DNA of 24,000 bases, taken from positions 53,095 through 77,094 of the forward strand of contig NZ_JBISEN010000005.1 of the NCBI RefSeq assembly GCF_044383825.1, written 5' to 3'. A program made the position numbers and the translations under genes. Position 1 is the stretch's first letter. Every line of letters begins with the position of its first letter. This document shows positions 1-8,561 of the stretch, piece after piece. Below the pieces are notes generated by a model. It saw nothing but the letters and a program-made list of their open reading frames with translations. It did not search any database and was not told where the DNA came from. Source of the stretch: Jeotgalibacillus sp. JSM ZJ347. GTDB lineage: Bacteria; Bacillota; Bacilli; Bacillales; Jeotgalibacillaceae.

Positions 1-720
1 CTGATCTAAGATGACTTCGGCAATTTCCTGAGGGGTTTGGAAAACACCTTCGTCCTGATTTGTTCGTTGCCCCATGAAATCATTTAACACCTGTTCAAAA
101 TCATCTTGAGGAAATCCTCCCGACTTTTCAACGTTTGCCAGTACTGAATTTGCAAATTCGGAAGAAATCCCTCCAGGCTCTACGACCATAAATTCAACCC
201 CAAAATACGGCGTCACATAAGTGGCTAAGCTCTCATAATATCCTTCAATTGCAAATTTCGATGCACAATAGATCTCATGTAACGGCTGTCCAACCAGCCC
301 ACCCACTGAAGAAATGGAGATAATTCTCCCTTGATTTCTTTTTCTCATATGCGGCAGCACTGCTTTTGTACAACGGATCTGTCCGAACGTATTAATATCA
401 AATACATGTTGATATTCTTCTTCTGTACTTTGCTCTGTTGTTTTGATAAATCCAACACCTGCATTATTGATAAGCAAGTCTATTTGGCCTTCTCTATCGA
501 TGACGAATTGAACCGCCTGATCAACAGATTTTTGTGATTGAACATCTAATTGAACGATCTCAATATCCAGACCCGATTCCTTCAAAGCAGTTACTTTATC
601 TCTTTTAGAGACATCTCTCATGGTAGCGTAAACCTTCCATCCGTTTTCCGCTAAAGCTTTACTTAATCCAAGACCGAGACCTGTTGAAGTACCTGTAATC
701 ACTGCAACTTTACTTTTCAT
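1..720 (-). CDS. SDR-family oxidoreductase (short-chain dehydrogenase/reductase); C-terminus runs off the window start
   Basis: Absent from the ORF track because it is open at the window edge. My minus-strand translation from the ATG at 720-718 gives MKSKVAVITGTSTGLGLGLSKALAENG (TGxxxGxG Rossmann motif). Further on it gives LLINNAGVGF (NNAG) and EIYCASKFAIEG (YxxxK). No stop occurs down to position 1. The track ORF 331..537(+) is antisense to it. Confidence 0.85.
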   Translation of the reverse strand, partial: MKSKVAVITGTSTGLGLGLSKALAENGWKVYATMRDVSKRDKVTALKESGLDIEIVQLDVQSQKSVDQAVQFVIDREGQIDLLINNAGVGFIKTTEQSTEEEYQHVFDINTFGQIRCTKAVLPHMRKRNQGRIISISSVGGLVGQPLHEIYCASKFAIEGYYESLATYVTPYFGVEFMVVEPGGISSEFANSVLANVEKSGGFPQDDFEQVLNDFMGQRTNQDEGVFQTPQEIAEVILDQ

Positions 721-793
721 GTTCATCATCCTTTTTTTGAGTATTATGCCTGCTATTAAATTCAGGCAAGATTCGAGCTTATAAAATGAAAGG

Positions 794-808
794 TGATCAA
801 TTTGATCA
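794..808. promoter_or_regulatory. Perfect 7-1-7 inverted repeat TGATCAA-t-TTGATCA in the SDR/MerR divergent intergenic region
   Basis: Read directly from the sequence. It is a second palindrome, distinct from the one at 823-840. Its function is unknown. Confidence 0.3.
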
Positions 809-813
809 ATTAC

Positions 814-844
814 ACTATAATTGTTAAAGTGCACTTTAACACAA
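814..844 (-). promoter_or_regulatory. MerR-type promoter for the SDR gene: -35 TTGTGT (844-839), 19-nt spacer, -10 TATAGT (819-814); an 18-bp perfect palindrome GTTAAAGTGCACTTTAAC (823-840) lies over the spacer
   Basis: Hexamers and spacing were counted by hand on the minus strand. An over-long 19-bp spacer with a dyad operator inside it is the classic MerR-family activator architecture. A MerR gene is divergently adjacent. Confidence 0.5.
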
Positions 845-874
845 GAGTAAAATGAATTTTTAAAGGATGATTAT

Positions 875-1243
875 ATGTATTCAATGAAGCTGGTTACACA
901 AAAAACAGGCTTATCAGCACCGACTCTTCGTTATTATGAAAAAGAAAAACTGCTGCCTTATGTGAAAAGAGACAAAAACGGATTAAGATTATACAGCGAT
1001 CGGGATATCAAGTCGATTTTATTTATCAAGGCATTAAGATCTACAGATATGCCTGTCAGAGAAATCAAAGAGTATGTCAGACTGTATGAAGATGGCGATC
1101 AGTCTTTTCAATTAAGAAGAGACCTGTTAGAAAATCATAAAACAAGAGTGGAAGAGAATATCAGTTTACAAATCAATTATCTGAAGAAAATTAAAGAAAA
1201 GCTTGCATTATATGATCAATCTGCACCTGAGTTGAAAAGGTGA
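875..1243 (+). CDS. MerR-family transcriptional regulator
   Basis: The N-terminal sequence MKLVTQKTGLSAPTLRYYEKEKLLPYVKRDKNGLRLYSDRDIKSILFIKALRSTDMPVREIKEY is the typical MerR winged-HTH signature. A C-terminal coiled-coil-like helix follows. AAAGGA lies 7 nt upstream of the ATG. Confidence 0.85.
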   Translation: MYSMKLVTQKTGLSAPTLRYYEKEKLLPYVKRDKNGLRLYSDRDIKSILFIKALRSTDMPVREIKEYVRLYEDGDQSFQLRRDLLENHKTRVEENISLQINYLKKIKEKLALYDQSAPELKR

Positions 1244-1485
1244 AATGGGAGAGCCACGCGATATGGACAAAACTAGGTGAGAAAGAAAAATAAGCTGATC
1301 ATCTGGAGAACTGTTCTACACCTTTTTCATCACATGTTTGTGTCGGTTTACACAATTCTTTTAACGATTCCCTATGCCAGATTCAATTTCTACGCAACTA
1401 TGTTTAATTTTATATCATATATTAAATCGTACGGGAATGATGTTTAACTTAACATAGGATGGGTGGTTAATATGATCAATTTAAA

Positions 1486-1513
1486 AAGAACCTCCTATCT
1501 CCAGGAGGTTCTT
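1486..1513 (-). terminator. Rho-independent terminator of the epimerase/YfcC/amidohydrolase operon
   Basis: 10-bp perfect stem AAGAACCTCC / GGAGGTTCTT with an 8-nt loop. On the minus strand it is followed by a T-run (complement of the plus-strand A-run at 1483-1487). It lies about 80 nt downstream of the stop at 1591. Confidence 0.7.
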
Positions 1514-1590
1514 CACATCAATTTTTACAGCGCAGGTATTCCATTTCAGAATCGGCCAGCTGTCCATTTTCTTTATATTACTCAATTTAG

Positions 1591-2700
1591 TTAACTGCTA
1601 CTGTTCATCACTTCCCTCACCGCTTTCTCTAACACTTCAACCCCGACTTTCAGACAATTCAGGTTGAAGGTCATGTGTGGATGATGAAGCCCTGGTGTCA
1701 GATCAGCTCCTAGGGCGAGCATAGATGCTTTAAGTTGCGGGCGTTCAATTGTGTAGAAGTGAAAATCATCACTTCCCGGAGTAATGATGGGTGCTTCACA
1801 ATTATCTTCCCCCAGTACATCCTTAATCGCAAGGCTCAATATACTTTCTGCTTCTGTTGAAACCTCTGCACCCGGTGTGTAATCAATCCAGTCACCTTCT
1901 ATTTCTATCTGATACATGATTTTTATTGCCTCTAGCGTGATCGACACTTCTTTTTTAAGCTGCTGAAGTCCATGATTGGTTTGAGCGCGCAGGTCCAGAC
2001 TGAATAATGCATTTCCTGGTATAATATTCGGGCTATTTCCTCCTGCTAATAATTTAGTCATTTTTACTGAATGGGGTGTCATAGGAGACAGCCTGATTTG
2101 ATTAAGGCGCTGTTGAATAGCAAATCCTGCATCAATTGCATTGACCCCCTGATGTGGTCTCGCACCATGTGCATCGGCACTAAGAATCTTACCTTCATAA
2201 AAAATTGCTGCACCGTGACGAATTGAAGGTGCTGCTTTTCCAAATCTGATTTCATCTTTAGGCCGCAAGTGAATACCAAACAAAGTCTCCATGTCATCAA
2301 CAGCACCTGCTTCGATCACTTTCAATGAACCATTTCCTTGTTCTTCGGCAGGCTGGAACAGGCAACGGAAAGTTCCTTTTAATTGTGACTCTTTTTCTTT
2401 TAGGGTAAGGAGCGTACCAATGCCAATGGTCATATGAGCATCATGTCCACAGGAGTGGTTGGCTTTCATCTTGCCATCAACTTCCTGCCACAGCGCATCA
2501 ATATCGGCACGCAGTCCAATCACTGGATTGCCGCTTCCAACTTCAGCAATCAAACCAGTATGATGTTCAAATGTCTGGAAGCGTATGTCAAATTTCGATA
2601 ACACTGATGCAATGTATGCTGTTGTTTTCTTTTCCTTAAAGCTTACCTCTGCCATCTCATGTAATTCTTTATACAACTTTTCAAGCCACAGCTGATCCAT
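1591..2700 (-). CDS. M20-family amidohydrolase (peptidase M20D / N-acyl-amino-acid amidohydrolase-like)
   Basis: Motifs read in the translation include GLRADIDAL and HSCGHDAHMT, plus a length typical of the family. I place the start at ATG 2700-2698 (MDQLWLEKLYKEL), which overlaps the upstream stop as TAATG. The track's 25-aa N-terminal extension lies inside the upstream gene. Confidence 0.8.
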   Translation of the reverse strand: MDQLWLEKLYKELHEMAEVSFKEKKTTAYIASVLSKFDIRFQTFEHHTGLIAEVGSGNPVIGLRADIDALWQEVDGKMKANHSCGHDAHMTIGIGTLLTLKEKESQLKGTFRCLFQPAEEQGNGSLKVIEAGAVDDMETLFGIHLRPKDEIRFGKAAPSIRHGAAIFYEGKILSADAHGARPHQGVNAIDAGFAIQQRLNQIRLSPMTPHSVKMTKLLAGGNSPNIIPGNALFSLDLRAQTNHGLQQLKKEVSITLEAIKIMYQIEIEGDWIDYTPGAEVSTEAESILSLAIKDVLGEDNCEAPIITPGSDDFHFYTIERPQLKASMLALGADLTPGLHHPHMTFNLNCLKVGVEVLEKAVREVMNSSS

Positions 2701-4100
2701 TATGAGACTCCAATCAGTACTGCAACAATCAATGCAATAACTGCGATACAGAACCAGCCAAGGATTAATTTCCAAATAAATTTAACCCATCGTTCATAGG
2801 GAATACCAGCAACAGCAAGATAGCCCATCAATGATGCAGAGGTTGGAATAATTGAATTAGAGATACCATCGCCATATTGATATGCGAGCACCGCAACTTG
2901 CCGGTTAATGCCCAGCAGATCAGATAAAGGCGTCATGATTGGCATTGTAGTGGCAGCCTGTCCGCTTCCTGAGGGAATAAACAGGTTTGTAATTGTCTGT
3001 ACCACCAGCATTCCCACTACATTCACCGTTTGAGGAAGCTGACTGATCAATGCTGCAAGTGAATTGACAAGTGTATCAATAATGACGCCATTTTCCATCA
3101 CAACAAGAATCGCACGAGCAAAACCTACAATCAACGCACCGAATGCCACAAGCTTCATACCATCGACAAAAGCATCAAATACCTGATTCACATTTAACCC
3201 GCCTACAAATCCAGAAAGCAAACCAATAATAATGAATGATGCAGCAAGCTCAGTTAAATACCATCCCCACTGAAAAACACCAAAGACGTTAAAAATTAAA
3301 CCACCAATGATAATTAAAAATACAAATAAATGCCTTGTTGAAAATGAAGGAAGTCCGGATTCCTTGATTTTCTCTTCCGCATCTTTTTTGGCTTTCAATT
3401 CAAGATCAGCAATGACACTGCGAGATGGGTCATTTTTTACTTTTCTTGCATATCTCATTACATAAAAAATTGCCACTGAAAGAATAAAAATGTATACCAC
3501 AAAGCGAAAACCAAATCCTGAAAAGATCGGAACCTCAGCAATGCCCTGTGCGATTCCAACAGTAAATGGATTCAGCATACCACCTATAAATCCGCTCGCT
3601 GCTCCGAGGCTGACCATTGCAGTACCAGTAATCGCGTCATATCCTATCGCACGGGCAATCGCAATCCCAATCGGAACAAAAATAATACTCTCCTCTGACA
3701 TACCCATGGTTGCTCCAAGCACTGAGAAAATAAACATGGTGATTGGAATTAATAAAAATTCTTTTTTGCCAAGCTTTACAACCGTTTTATGTATACCAGC
3801 TTCAATTGCATTCGTAGCGCGAATGATACCAAAAGCCCCACCTACTAAAAAGATATAAAAAATGATAGAAGAACCTGCTGCCATCCCTTCTGGAATTGCC
3901 ATAAAGACTTCAAAAAAGCCAATCGGATTTGATTCCACTTCCTTGTAGCTGTCACCAACCACGACTGTTCTCCCATCTACTTCTTCTCGATCGAACTGTC
4001 CTGCAGGAACAATGTAAGTTGCAATCGCCGCCAAAATCACAATCGAAAAAATAATGGCGTATGTATGTGGAATTGGCAATTTCTTTTTCTTTTCACTCAT
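2700..4100 (-). CDS. YfcC / DcuC-like family membrane transporter
   Basis: A 466-aa polytopic membrane protein. The N-terminus KKKKLPIPHTYAIIFSIVILAAIATYIVPAGQFDRE is typical of YfcC-family carriers. Its start overlaps the upstream stop as ATGA (4097-4100). Confidence 0.75.
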   Translation of the reverse strand: MSEKKKKLPIPHTYAIIFSIVILAAIATYIVPAGQFDREEVDGRTVVVGDSYKEVESNPIGFFEVFMAIPEGMAAGSSIIFYIFLVGGAFGIIRATNAIEAGIHKTVVKLGKKEFLLIPITMFIFSVLGATMGMSEESIIFVPIGIAIARAIGYDAITGTAMVSLGAASGFIGGMLNPFTVGIAQGIAEVPIFSGFGFRFVVYIFILSVAIFYVMRYARKVKNDPSRSVIADLELKAKKDAEEKIKESGLPSFSTRHLFVFLIIIGGLIFNVFGVFQWGWYLTELAASFIIIGLLSGFVGGLNVNQVFDAFVDGMKLVAFGALIVGFARAILVVMENGVIIDTLVNSLAALISQLPQTVNVVGMLVVQTITNLFIPSGSGQAATTMPIMTPLSDLLGINRQVAVLAYQYGDGISNSIIPTSASLMGYLAVAGIPYERWVKFIWKLILGWFCIAVIALIVAVLIGVS

Positions 4101-5218
4101 ATTATCTTCTCCTTTATTTCATCATATTTAACACTTAAGCTCTGCAGCAAGGAACGATCTATGTCAATGCCCAGACCAGGTTGCCCGGTAAGGACTACTT
4201 CAGGAATCTGGTAGCTCAGGTTACCAACGTCACTTGAGAACAACAAAGGTCCTGTAAGTTCAGTGCTGGTAATATTTTTTCTTGCCATCGCTGCGTGATA
4301 TCCTGCTGCTGAACCAATTGATGATTCCACCATTGAACCAATTTGACATGTAAGTCCTGCTGCTTCCGCTGTTTTAGCCATATGAACGGCAGGATAGATA
4401 CCTCCACATTTCATTAACTTGATATTGATTTTATCTGCTGCACGTGTCACAATCGCTCTGTTTAGATCTGTCTCACTCACAACACTTTCATCAAGCATCA
4501 ATGGAATAACAGAGAAAGATCTCAGTTCATTCATAGCATCAAATTCATGAGGGGCAAGCGGCTGTTCAATCCAGTCCAGATTAAGTGAGGCAAGCTGTGA
4601 CAGCGCACGTTTTGCCTGGTCAACTGTTTTCCAGCCCTGATTGACATCCACTCTGATTGGCACCTTGTCTCCTACTGTCTGACGAATCATATGTAAGCGC
4701 CGGACATCTGTCTGGACATCTCCACTCAACTTAATTTTTAATTCTCTATATCCCTCATTCAGCGATTCTTTGCATTGTGATGCCATTTTTTCTGGTGTTC
4801 CAATGGAAATCACCTTTGGATAGGTAAGTCTGTCATGTGCTTTCCCACCCAGCAGATCATACACTGGCAATCCTGCTGCTTTGCCCATTAAGTCATAGCA
4901 GGCGATATCAATTGCGGCTTTAATTGAAGGATTATGTATTAACCTGTCATTCATTTTCTGATGAATACGTTCAATATTAAATGGTGATTCACCAATCACT
5001 TCAGGAATCAGCATATGCTTTAATAGGGCGTACGCTCCTTCAAAAGATTCTCCTGTTACATGCTCATCAGGTACAGCTTCTCCAAACCCGCTAATTCCTT
5101 CATCTGTTTTTAGTTCCAGAATGATAGAAGGCATGTGTGGAAATGTTGCATAAGATATGACAAACGGCTCGATAAATGGAAGGTGGATTCCCCATATATT
5201 CGCTTCAATAATTTTCAT
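4097..5218 (-). CDS. Enolase-superfamily dipeptide epimerase (L-Ala-D/L-Glu epimerase-like, MLE subgroup)
   Basis: Motifs seen are LKIKLSG (KxK), RVDVNQGW, IEQPL, LMLDES and NIKLMKCGG, the acid/base and metal ligands of the MLE/dipeptide-epimerase subgroup. The start is chosen at ATG 5218 (MKIIEANIWG), with AGAGGTGA upstream. Confidence 0.75.
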   Translation of the reverse strand: MKIIEANIWGIHLPFIEPFVISYATFPHMPSIILELKTDEGISGFGEAVPDEHVTGESFEGAYALLKHMLIPEVIGESPFNIERIHQKMNDRLIHNPSIKAAIDIACYDLMGKAAGLPVYDLLGGKAHDRLTYPKVISIGTPEKMASQCKESLNEGYRELKIKLSGDVQTDVRRLHMIRQTVGDKVPIRVDVNQGWKTVDQAKRALSQLASLNLDWIEQPLAPHEFDAMNELRSFSVIPLMLDESVVSETDLNRAIVTRAADKINIKLMKCGGIYPAVHMAKTAEAAGLTCQIGSMVESSIGSAAGYHAAMARKNITSTELTGPLLFSSDVGNLSYQIPEVVLTGQPGLGIDIDRSLLQSLSVKYDEIKEKII

Positions 5219-5285
5219 AACAGTCACCTCTATTTTGTCGTTATTTTGTCGTTTATTATACATTATAATAATCTGAAAATTTTAT

Positions 5286-6551
5286 CTAGTCAACCTGATT
5301 CAAGAGTTTTTCTGTTGCACGATAGACTGCTCTCGGACGTCCCTGATCATATGGACGTTCAGTACCGGCATGTTGAATATATTGAAATTCAACAAACTTT
5401 TTGATCATTCTCTCAGCAGATCTTCTGGATTTTCCAGTGTAGGCAGCAAAATCATTTGCAGTAAAAGCTGGTGCGTCGCCATCAATAATAAATGATAAAA
5501 AAAGATGAACTGCTTTGGCAGCCAGATCAATTTCTTCAGCAATACGCAGGACATCTACAGAATCGGATTTAACTTTTATCTGCACCTTATGTTCAGCATT
5601 CCAATCTAATAAAACGTCTTTATCATTCAATAGATAAACTGCTGGACCACTGTGCTGATGTTTTTTTGCATACTGTAATGCATCATGTGCATGCAACTCT
5701 GCCCGCCTGAGCGTCTGCCCAAATCCAATCCCGATCACAGGTATATCTCCTGCTCCAAGCAGCTGCTCAGCATCAAAATTCTCTTCTACTGCTCCGCGTG
5801 TTGAATACAGATTCCAACTGTCATCCTGTTGTGTAACAGTGCCATTAAGCAACCGAATAAATGGATCATTTATCGCTTTGTATGAGCCATCTACTTTGAT
5901 TACTGCAACCTGGGATTTTTTCTCCTGCTCCAGCCTGCCGATTTGAATCGCTTTTTCGATTCCTTCTAACGTTGCAGATTCCGCCTGGATCATATAACGC
6001 GCAGGTACTCCGAGAGAAAGAAGCTGATCATATACGGCATGTATGCTTGTTAGGGCAATCAATGTTTCACCTGATTCATATAATGACCGGTGGTAGTTCA
6101 CAAACGCATCGAGGTCAAGCGTTTTTTGTTCTGATAACTCTTTATAGATCCATGCATAATCTTTTATGAACTTTACTTCATGGTCAGCCCCGAGCTGCTT
6201 AAGCACTCCATGAATCGTTCGCTGATCAGGCAAATCCAGTGACACCCGGCTCATGGTGATACCTTCCTGATAAAAAAGCTTGAACAACGAAAGCGCCACC
6301 ATTATTTCAGTAAACGGAGCGAAGGTGTATAGCAATTTTTTTTGCTTCACAGCAGAACGGGCATAAAAATAAGGAATGATACCTGAGAATAGCCAAACAT
6401 CCATTTTCTCTTCAACAGACCTGATTATACTTTCAGCCTCATCGGGAGATTCATATAAATATGGATAAAAACTGACTTCACGATATCTTTCTTTTAATTT
6501 TTCTATATCTTCAAGAAACTGCCTTGAACCAATTACACCAATTTTCATCAT
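5286..6551 (-). CDS. Hypothetical protein, possible transcriptional regulator with a C-terminal wHTH-like segment
   Basis: A 421-aa ORF with the GGGGG RBS close upstream. The C-terminal sequence FTANDFAAYTGKSRRSAERMIKKFVEFQYIQ looks like an HTH. I do not recognise the family, so the function call is weak. Confidence 0.55.
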   Translation of the reverse strand: MMKIGVIGSRQFLEDIEKLKERYREVSFYPYLYESPDEAESIIRSVEEKMDVWLFSGIIPYFYARSAVKQKKLLYTFAPFTEIMVALSLFKLFYQEGITMSRVSLDLPDQRTIHGVLKQLGADHEVKFIKDYAWIYKELSEQKTLDLDAFVNYHRSLYESGETLIALTSIHAVYDQLLSLGVPARYMIQAESATLEGIEKAIQIGRLEQEKKSQVAVIKVDGSYKAINDPFIRLLNGTVTQQDDSWNLYSTRGAVEENFDAEQLLGAGDIPVIGIGFGQTLRRAELHAHDALQYAKKHQHSGPAVYLLNDKDVLLDWNAEHKVQIKVKSDSVDVLRIAEEIDLAAKAVHLFLSFIIDGDAPAFTANDFAAYTGKSRRSAERMIKKFVEFQYIQHAGTERPYDQGRPRAVYRATEKLLNQVD

Positions 6552-6574
6552 GTCACCCCCTGAATTGTGGTCTT

Positions 6575-6583
6575 ATTATATCA
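6575..6583 (-). promoter_or_regulatory. Extended -10 element TGATATAAT upstream of the 421-aa gene
   Basis: Plus-strand ATTATATCA is TGATATAAT on the minus strand, matching TGnTATAAT. It lies about 25 nt upstream of the ATG at 6551. No good -35 was seen. Confidence 0.4.
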
Positions 6584-6680
6584 AATTTGAGCTGACGGAA
6601 AACAACACAAAAAAATACCGCGAATTTACGAAGGAGTATCCAGGAACACTAGCTAGCCTAAAAAACCTGTCTCAAAACAG

Positions 6681-6775
6681 GTTCGAACGTTCAGAATTGT
6701 TTTCTGGACAGGGAGGAACTTTCTAAACCACCCTGTCCTGGACAATTTCACACACATTCAGAACTAATTTCAAAA
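6681..6775. repeat. Dispersed intergenic repeat, two partial ends back to back (GGACAGGG ... CCCTGTCC)
   Basis: 6681-6713 GTTCGAACGTTCAGAATTGTTTTCTGGACAGGG resembles the right end of the 23.7-kb copy (GTGAATGTTCAAAATCGTTTTCAGGACAGGG). 6731-6775 CCCTGTCCTGGACAATTTCACACACATTCAGAACT resembles its left end and core. Confidence 0.6.
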
Positions 6776-6829
6776 CAGGAGAAAACCTTTAACAAATATC
6801 ATTAAAATCAACTGTGATTAATCAGCCAT

Positions 6830-7081
6830 TTGATGCCCGTTGCTTCTTCTGATACTTCCCAAAGTCTCTTGGCAACTTTTTTATCAAGTGCATGCGGCTT
6901 TATGACACAATCTCCGACTGGACCGACCCAGTTTGTAAAATCAGTCCGATTAAATAGCACCGCAATGAAAATCGCAACTGGCGTTAATATAACAGACGCT
7001 GCCTTTGAAGTCGGATATGTCAGTGCTTCTCAATTCAGCAGGGAATTCAAGAGAATGTATGGACAGTCTCCAAAACAATGA
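6830..7081 (+). pseudogene. AraC-family HTH remnant (C-terminal DNA-binding domain only)
   Basis: FVKSVRLNSTAMKIATGVNITDAAFEVGYVSASQFSREFKRMYGQSPKQ matches the second HTH of AraC/XylS regulators. There is no N-terminal sensor domain and no RBS, and the start would be TTG/ATG directly after the repeat element. Confidence 0.55.
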
Positions 7082-7288
7082 AGTATGACCCACAAACTGC
7101 CTTCAGAAATGAACCAGTTAAATAAATATGAATCAATTTCAGAAGGCTGCAGGTCTGCCGGCAAATTTAATTAAATAATGAATCTCTGATCATTCTAAAG
7201 TGTTAAATACCATATAAAAATGTTGGTTTAATATGTGGTCCCTGGCTCACAGCATGCTTAAACCGCTTTTTTAAGGCTAGTGAGAAAT

Positions 7289-8452
7289 TTAGAAATGAGC
7301 ATGCTTTTCTTTTCGAAATAACATGTGTGAGTTTTTTAATAAAATAAAGAAACATGCGCCAATCAATAAGGATGCTGCAGCCGTCATAATATAAACAACT
7401 GACAGATCATCAGAAATACTCTCAACAAAAGAAGATAAAAATTGACCTAGAAAAACAGCAGAAGAAAAGTAAGCAAGATTTTTACCACGATTAGTTGTAC
7501 TGCTTTTTTCGACTGTCATATGATTTGCGAGCGGAATTGTAAATCCAAATCCAAAGCCGATCAGGATCCCCCCTCCAATTGCCACCAGAATGAAGGTCTG
7601 ATTCAACCCAAGCAGTAAGTAACCAGTACCAAATAGGATAAAACCGCTCATCAATGTGGAATAATCATTCATTTTACTGACAACTTTAGGCATCTGACTG
7701 GCTGAAATCACTGCAACCAAAGAAATCATTGCCAGAAAATATCCTGTTCCTTCAGAAGTCATATGAAAATGCTCTGCAAGATAAAATGGTACAGAAACCA
7801 TCGTGACAAAAAATATAGTCATTGCAAGCATAGCGGACAATAATACTGGCCAGATTTTTTTTGAGGACATCTCGTCTAATGGCATTTCCTTCTTTTCTTC
7901 TTTAGAAGGAAATGGAACAAAGATCACTAGTGTGATTAGAGCGATCCATCCAATTAGATATAATAAGAACGGAAATTGCCATCCAAAACTCCCCAATATA
8001 CCTCCAATACTTAAGAATATGATACCTCCAGCTTCGATAGACATGCCTTGAAGTGCAATCATCTTCAAGCGCTTCTCTTTATCAAAAAACTCCGCAAGTA
8101 ACCCGGTTGCTGCTGACATGACAACAGCGGTTGCACCACCAAGCAGAATTCGATCTATTAAAATAATAGAAGTTCCTTCTAACCAAATTGCTGTTATCCC
8201 CAGTGCCCCATACAAAAATAGACCAATACATAAAGAGATGTAAGGACCAGCTCTATCGATCAATTTACCAGCCAACGGAGCAAAAATCACTACCCCAAGA
8301 GAGGGAAGCGTCGTTAGCCAGGCTGCGTGATTTTCCATATTAAAATGCCCGGATATAGTAGGTAAAGCAGGTGTAATCGCACTACCTACCATGACAGTAA
8401 GACTTGCTGCAAGCATTAAAGCAAATATGCCTGATTTGGATAATTCATTCAT
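7289..8452 (-). CDS. MFS transporter (probable drug/metabolite efflux pump)
   Basis: About 12 predicted hydrophobic segments and an MFS-like GKLIDRAGP loop motif. The start is chosen at ATG 8452 (MNELSKSG), with AAGGAGG upstream. It is divergent from a MarR gene. Confidence 0.8.
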   Translation of the reverse strand: MNELSKSGIFALMLAASLTVMVGSAITPALPTISGHFNMENHAAWLTTLPSLGVVIFAPLAGKLIDRAGPYISLCIGLFLYGALGITAIWLEGTSIILIDRILLGGATAVVMSAATGLLAEFFDKEKRLKMIALQGMSIEAGGIIFLSIGGILGSFGWQFPFLLYLIGWIALITLVIFVPFPSKEEKKEMPLDEMSSKKIWPVLLSAMLAMTIFFVTMVSVPFYLAEHFHMTSEGTGYFLAMISLVAVISASQMPKVVSKMNDYSTLMSGFILFGTGYLLLGLNQTFILVAIGGGILIGFGFGFTIPLANHMTVEKSSTTNRGKNLAYFSSAVFLGQFLSSFVESISDDLSVVYIMTAAASLLIGACFFILLKNSHMLFRKEKHAHF

Positions 8453-8497
8453 TGAAGCTACCTCCTTTATCATTAGAAACATATCTTATCATAAAGA

Positions 8498-8515
8498 TAG
8501 TTAGGAAACTAACTA
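8498..8515. promoter_or_regulatory. Inverted repeat TAGTTAG-gaaa-CTAACTA, candidate MarR operator
   Basis: A 7-4-7 perfect dyad in the 109-bp MFS/MarR divergent intergenic region. Confidence 0.4.
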
Positions 8516-8561
8516 AATGCATCTGATATATGATAAACTATTTTTAGAAAGGATGAATTCT

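Noticed and set aside
2079-4407. Track ORFs 2079..2306(-), 3490..3858(+) and 4216..4407(-)
   Set aside because: They lie out of frame or antisense inside well-supported genes (amidohydrolase, YfcC, epimerase). They have no RBS, and their amino-acid composition is typical of shadow ORFs.
5135-8051. Track ORFs 5135..5404(+), 5972..6169(+) and 7803..8051(+)
   Set aside because: They are antisense to the epimerase, the 421-aa gene and the MFS gene, with no translation signals.
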